40,939 nucleotides of DNA from an uncultured Pelolinea sp. (GTDB lineage: Bacteria; Chloroflexota; Anaerolineae; Anaerolineales; Anaerolineaceae), in the NCBI GenBank assembly GCA_964540175.1, contig CAZILY010000002.1, positions 1-40,939 of the forward strand, read 5' to 3'. Both the position numbers and the translations under genes were made by a program. This document shows positions 38,629 to 40,939 of the stretch, one piece after another; the first letter of the stretch is position 1; each line of letters starts with the position of its first letter. The notes below the pieces were generated by a model that saw nothing but the letters and a program-made list of their open reading frames with translations, had not been told where the DNA came from and made no database searches.

Positions 38629-40935
38629 TTATGCCGCTTCCTCAATTACAATATTTTCCGACAAAAATACTTCATCGCAAGAAAGGCATAAGAATTCTTT
38701 TCTATTCTTTGTAACCAATATACCACCACAAGCAGGGCAGCTGGCTTTTACGGGTTTCTTCCATGACGTAAAATCACAATTTGGATAATTTTCGCATCCA
38801 TAAAATATTCGGCCTTTTCTGGTTTTACGAAGAACAATATCGCCTCCATCTTTTGGACAGGTTACACCAATCTTTTCTAAAAATGGTTCTGTATGTTTAC
38901 ACTCGGGATAATTACTGCAACTAATAAATTTACCAAATCTACCCCATTTGACGATCAATTCATTCCCGCATTTCGGACAATTCCGTCCAATCTTTTCGGG
39001 TTCTGTTTTTATTTCTGGCATTTCTTTCTGCGCATATATTAATTTCGGCTCAAAGTCTTTATAAAAATCCGCAATTAAATCATTCCATTTCCGTCTGCCG
39101 TGAGCAATTTCATCTAAATCTTCTTCCATCCGAGCCGTGAAATTCACACCAAGAATATCAGGAAAATATTCAATCAGAAGGTCGTTTACTAAGAAACCCG
39201 TTTCGGTTGGAATTAGTCGCTTGTTCTCTCGTTCTACATACCCGCGAGCTTGAATCGTCGAGATTGTCGGTGCATATGTTGAAGGTCTGCCAATCCCAAA
39301 TTCTTCCAATGTTTGTATCAATGAAGCTTCGGTAAACCTAGGAGGCGGCTGAGTAAAATGCTGAGCGGGTGAAAGTTCAAATAATTCCACCGCATTTCCC
39401 TTTTCCAACCCTTTTGGAAGTTTCAATTTCCCGTTCTTTTTCTCATTCGCATCTTCATCAGTTGCTTCTTCATAAACCACAAGAAATCCAGCGAAAAATA
39501 ATTCAGAACCAGATGCGCGAAACTGATAATCATTTTCCGCATTCTCGCCATTTACGACAATCGAAACAGTTGTATAAATTGCCGCTCGCATTTGTGAGGC
39601 AACGAAGCGACGCCAAATCAATCGATAAAGTTTAAATTGTTCTGGTTTTAAGAACGATTTAATTTCTTCCGGTAAATTCATAGTAAATGTCGGTCGAATC
39701 GCTTCATGCGCTTCTTGTGCTTTGGTTACCTTGGTTTTATAGGCATTTTCCTTTTCAGGGAGAAATTCCTTTCCATGCGTATCTTTAATATATTTTCTTA
39801 CTTCTTTAATGGCCACAGACGAGACATTTGTTGAATCAGTCCTCATATAAGTAATTAAACCCGTTTGGCCTCCATTACCAATGTCTATTCCTTCATATAA
39901 TTGCTGAGCAACCCGCATGGTTCTTTTGGCAGTAAAACCCAATTGCCGCGATGCCTGCTGTTGTAGAGTGCTAGTAATAAAAGGAGCATAAGGTTTTCTA
40001 GTTCTTTTTCCTTTTTTTATTGCTCCAATCGTATACTTTGCTTCTTTTAATTTCGGTAGGAGTTTTTCAACATCTTCAAGTTTTGATAAAACCGGGTCAT
40101 TTCCGTCAATCTTAGATAATTTTGCACTAAAAGACTCAGAATTGTCTAAAGGTTTGAATTCAGCATCTATAGACCAATATTCCTGCGGAATAAATGCTTC
40201 AACTTCGCGTTCTCGTTCCACGACTAGGCGCAGCGCAACTGATTGAACCCTTCCAGCTGAAAGACGTCCACGCACCTTTTCCCATAGAAGAGGTGTCAAA
40301 TTATATCCAACCAAACGATCCAAGATTCGCCGCGCTTGTTGTGCGTCAACAAGATCAGAATCAATAGTCCGTGTATTTGAAAAAGCCGCTTCAATTGCTG
40401 GTTTGGTAATCTCATGAAAAACAACCCGTTTTACACGCTCCTCATCAAGCTCTGCAGCTTCCATCAGGTGCCAGGCAATTGCTTCACCTTCCCTGTCCGG
40501 GTCAGTTGCAAGAAAAATCTCTTCAGCTTTTTTTGCTTCCGCTTTTAGTTCTTTTACAATTACGCGTTTCTCGTTGGGGATCCTATATTTTGGCTGAAAA
40601 TCATTTTCCACATCAACTGACAATTGTGAACGAAGAAGATCCCGCACATGCCCTACGGACGCGCGAACAGTATATCCTTTCCCTAAAAAGTTTCCAACCG
40701 TTCTGGCTTTTGTTGGTGATTCTACAATCACTAACTTACCTTTTCTCTTGATCTCCTTTTTCACACGCGGTGGAGCAACCAAACCTTCATGCATCTCGGT
40801 ACGACCCATCCGATAAAGTTTTGTATCGCAAACCTTACATGTACCTGTGGTTACTGGTGTTGACCGAGAATTAAATCCCGCTTGTGGATTTTGTATTTCC
40901 CGTTTTTCTTTACATTTAACACAATAAGCTTCCAA
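38629..40935 (-). CDS. topA: DNA topoisomerase I with an extra N-terminal Zn-ribbon (DUF5679-like)
   Basis: Toprim LVIVESPTKA and ATDPDREGE, SAGRVQS, catalytic GLITYMRTDS, GIGRPSTY and C-terminal Zn ribbons. TTG start lies 4 nt from the window edge. Confidence 0.97.
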   Translation of the reverse strand: MEAYCVKCKEKREIQNPQAGFNSRSTPVTTGTCKVCDTKLYRMGRTEMHEGLVAPPRVKKEIKRKGKLVIVESPTKARTVGNFLGKGYTVRASVGHVRDLLRSQLSVDVENDFQPKYRIPNEKRVIVKELKAEAKKAEEIFLATDPDREGEAIAWHLMEAAELDEERVKRVVFHEITKPAIEAAFSNTRTIDSDLVDAQQARRILDRLVGYNLTPLLWEKVRGRLSAGRVQSVALRLVVEREREVEAFIPQEYWSIDAEFKPLDNSESFSAKLSKIDGNDPVLSKLEDVEKLLPKLKEAKYTIGAIKKGKRTRKPYAPFITSTLQQQASRQLGFTAKRTMRVAQQLYEGIDIGNGGQTGLITYMRTDSTNVSSVAIKEVRKYIKDTHGKEFLPEKENAYKTKVTKAQEAHEAIRPTFTMNLPEEIKSFLKPEQFKLYRLIWRRFVASQMRAAIYTTVSIVVNGENAENDYQFRASGSELFFAGFLVVYEEATDEDANEKKNGKLKLPKGLEKGNAVELFELSPAQHFTQPPPRFTEASLIQTLEEFGIGRPSTYAPTISTIQARGYVERENKRLIPTETGFLVNDLLIEYFPDILGVNFTARMEEDLDEIAHGRRKWNDLIADFYKDFEPKLIYAQKEMPEIKTEPEKIGRNCPKCGNELIVKWGRFGKFISCSNYPECKHTEPFLEKIGVTCPKDGGDIVLRKTRKGRIFYGCENYPNCDFTSWKKPVKASCPACGGILVTKNRKEFLCLSCDEVFLSENIVIEEAA

Positions 40936-40939
40936 AACA

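Noticed and set aside
1-40939. CRISPR arrays, tRNA/rRNA, IS, prophage or defence genes, and the remaining short ORFs in the track
   Set aside because: All but one of the intergenic gaps are under about 100 nt and none shows such structure. No transposase, integrase or nuclease motifs were seen, and the short ORFs overlap well-supported genes.

Overview
AT-rich, gene-dense chromosomal window. It is most likely from a Chloroflexota (Anaerolineae-like) bacterium, inferred from two Chlor_Arch_YYY/DUF2298 proteins and a bacterial mevalonate kinase plus isopentenyl phosphate kinase pair. The left part carries a SHMT-GcvT fusion with a degenerate second GcvT copy and an attenuator-like leader, followed by an aminotransferase, a ThrRS-like/uridine kinase fusion, a lipoyl/octanoyl transferase, a DUF218 protein and a GH-like/NTF2 protein. 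rpoC stands alone, with no adjacent rpoB, and has lineage-specific insertions. A ~20.5 kb minus-strand run (tlyA, lepA, flippase-like, C2-epimerase, GT4, methyltransferase, four GT-C/YYY membrane proteins, cmk, histidine pseudokinase) is divergent from a polyprenyl-phosphate phosphoribosyltransferase-mvk-ipk operon. Together these two units are the best candidate for an uncharacterised, archaeal-like lipid-linked envelope glycosylation system. The window ends with greA, an unknown membrane protein and topA. I saw no rRNA, tRNA, CRISPR array or mobile element. All family calls come from motif recognition by eye; no searches were run.
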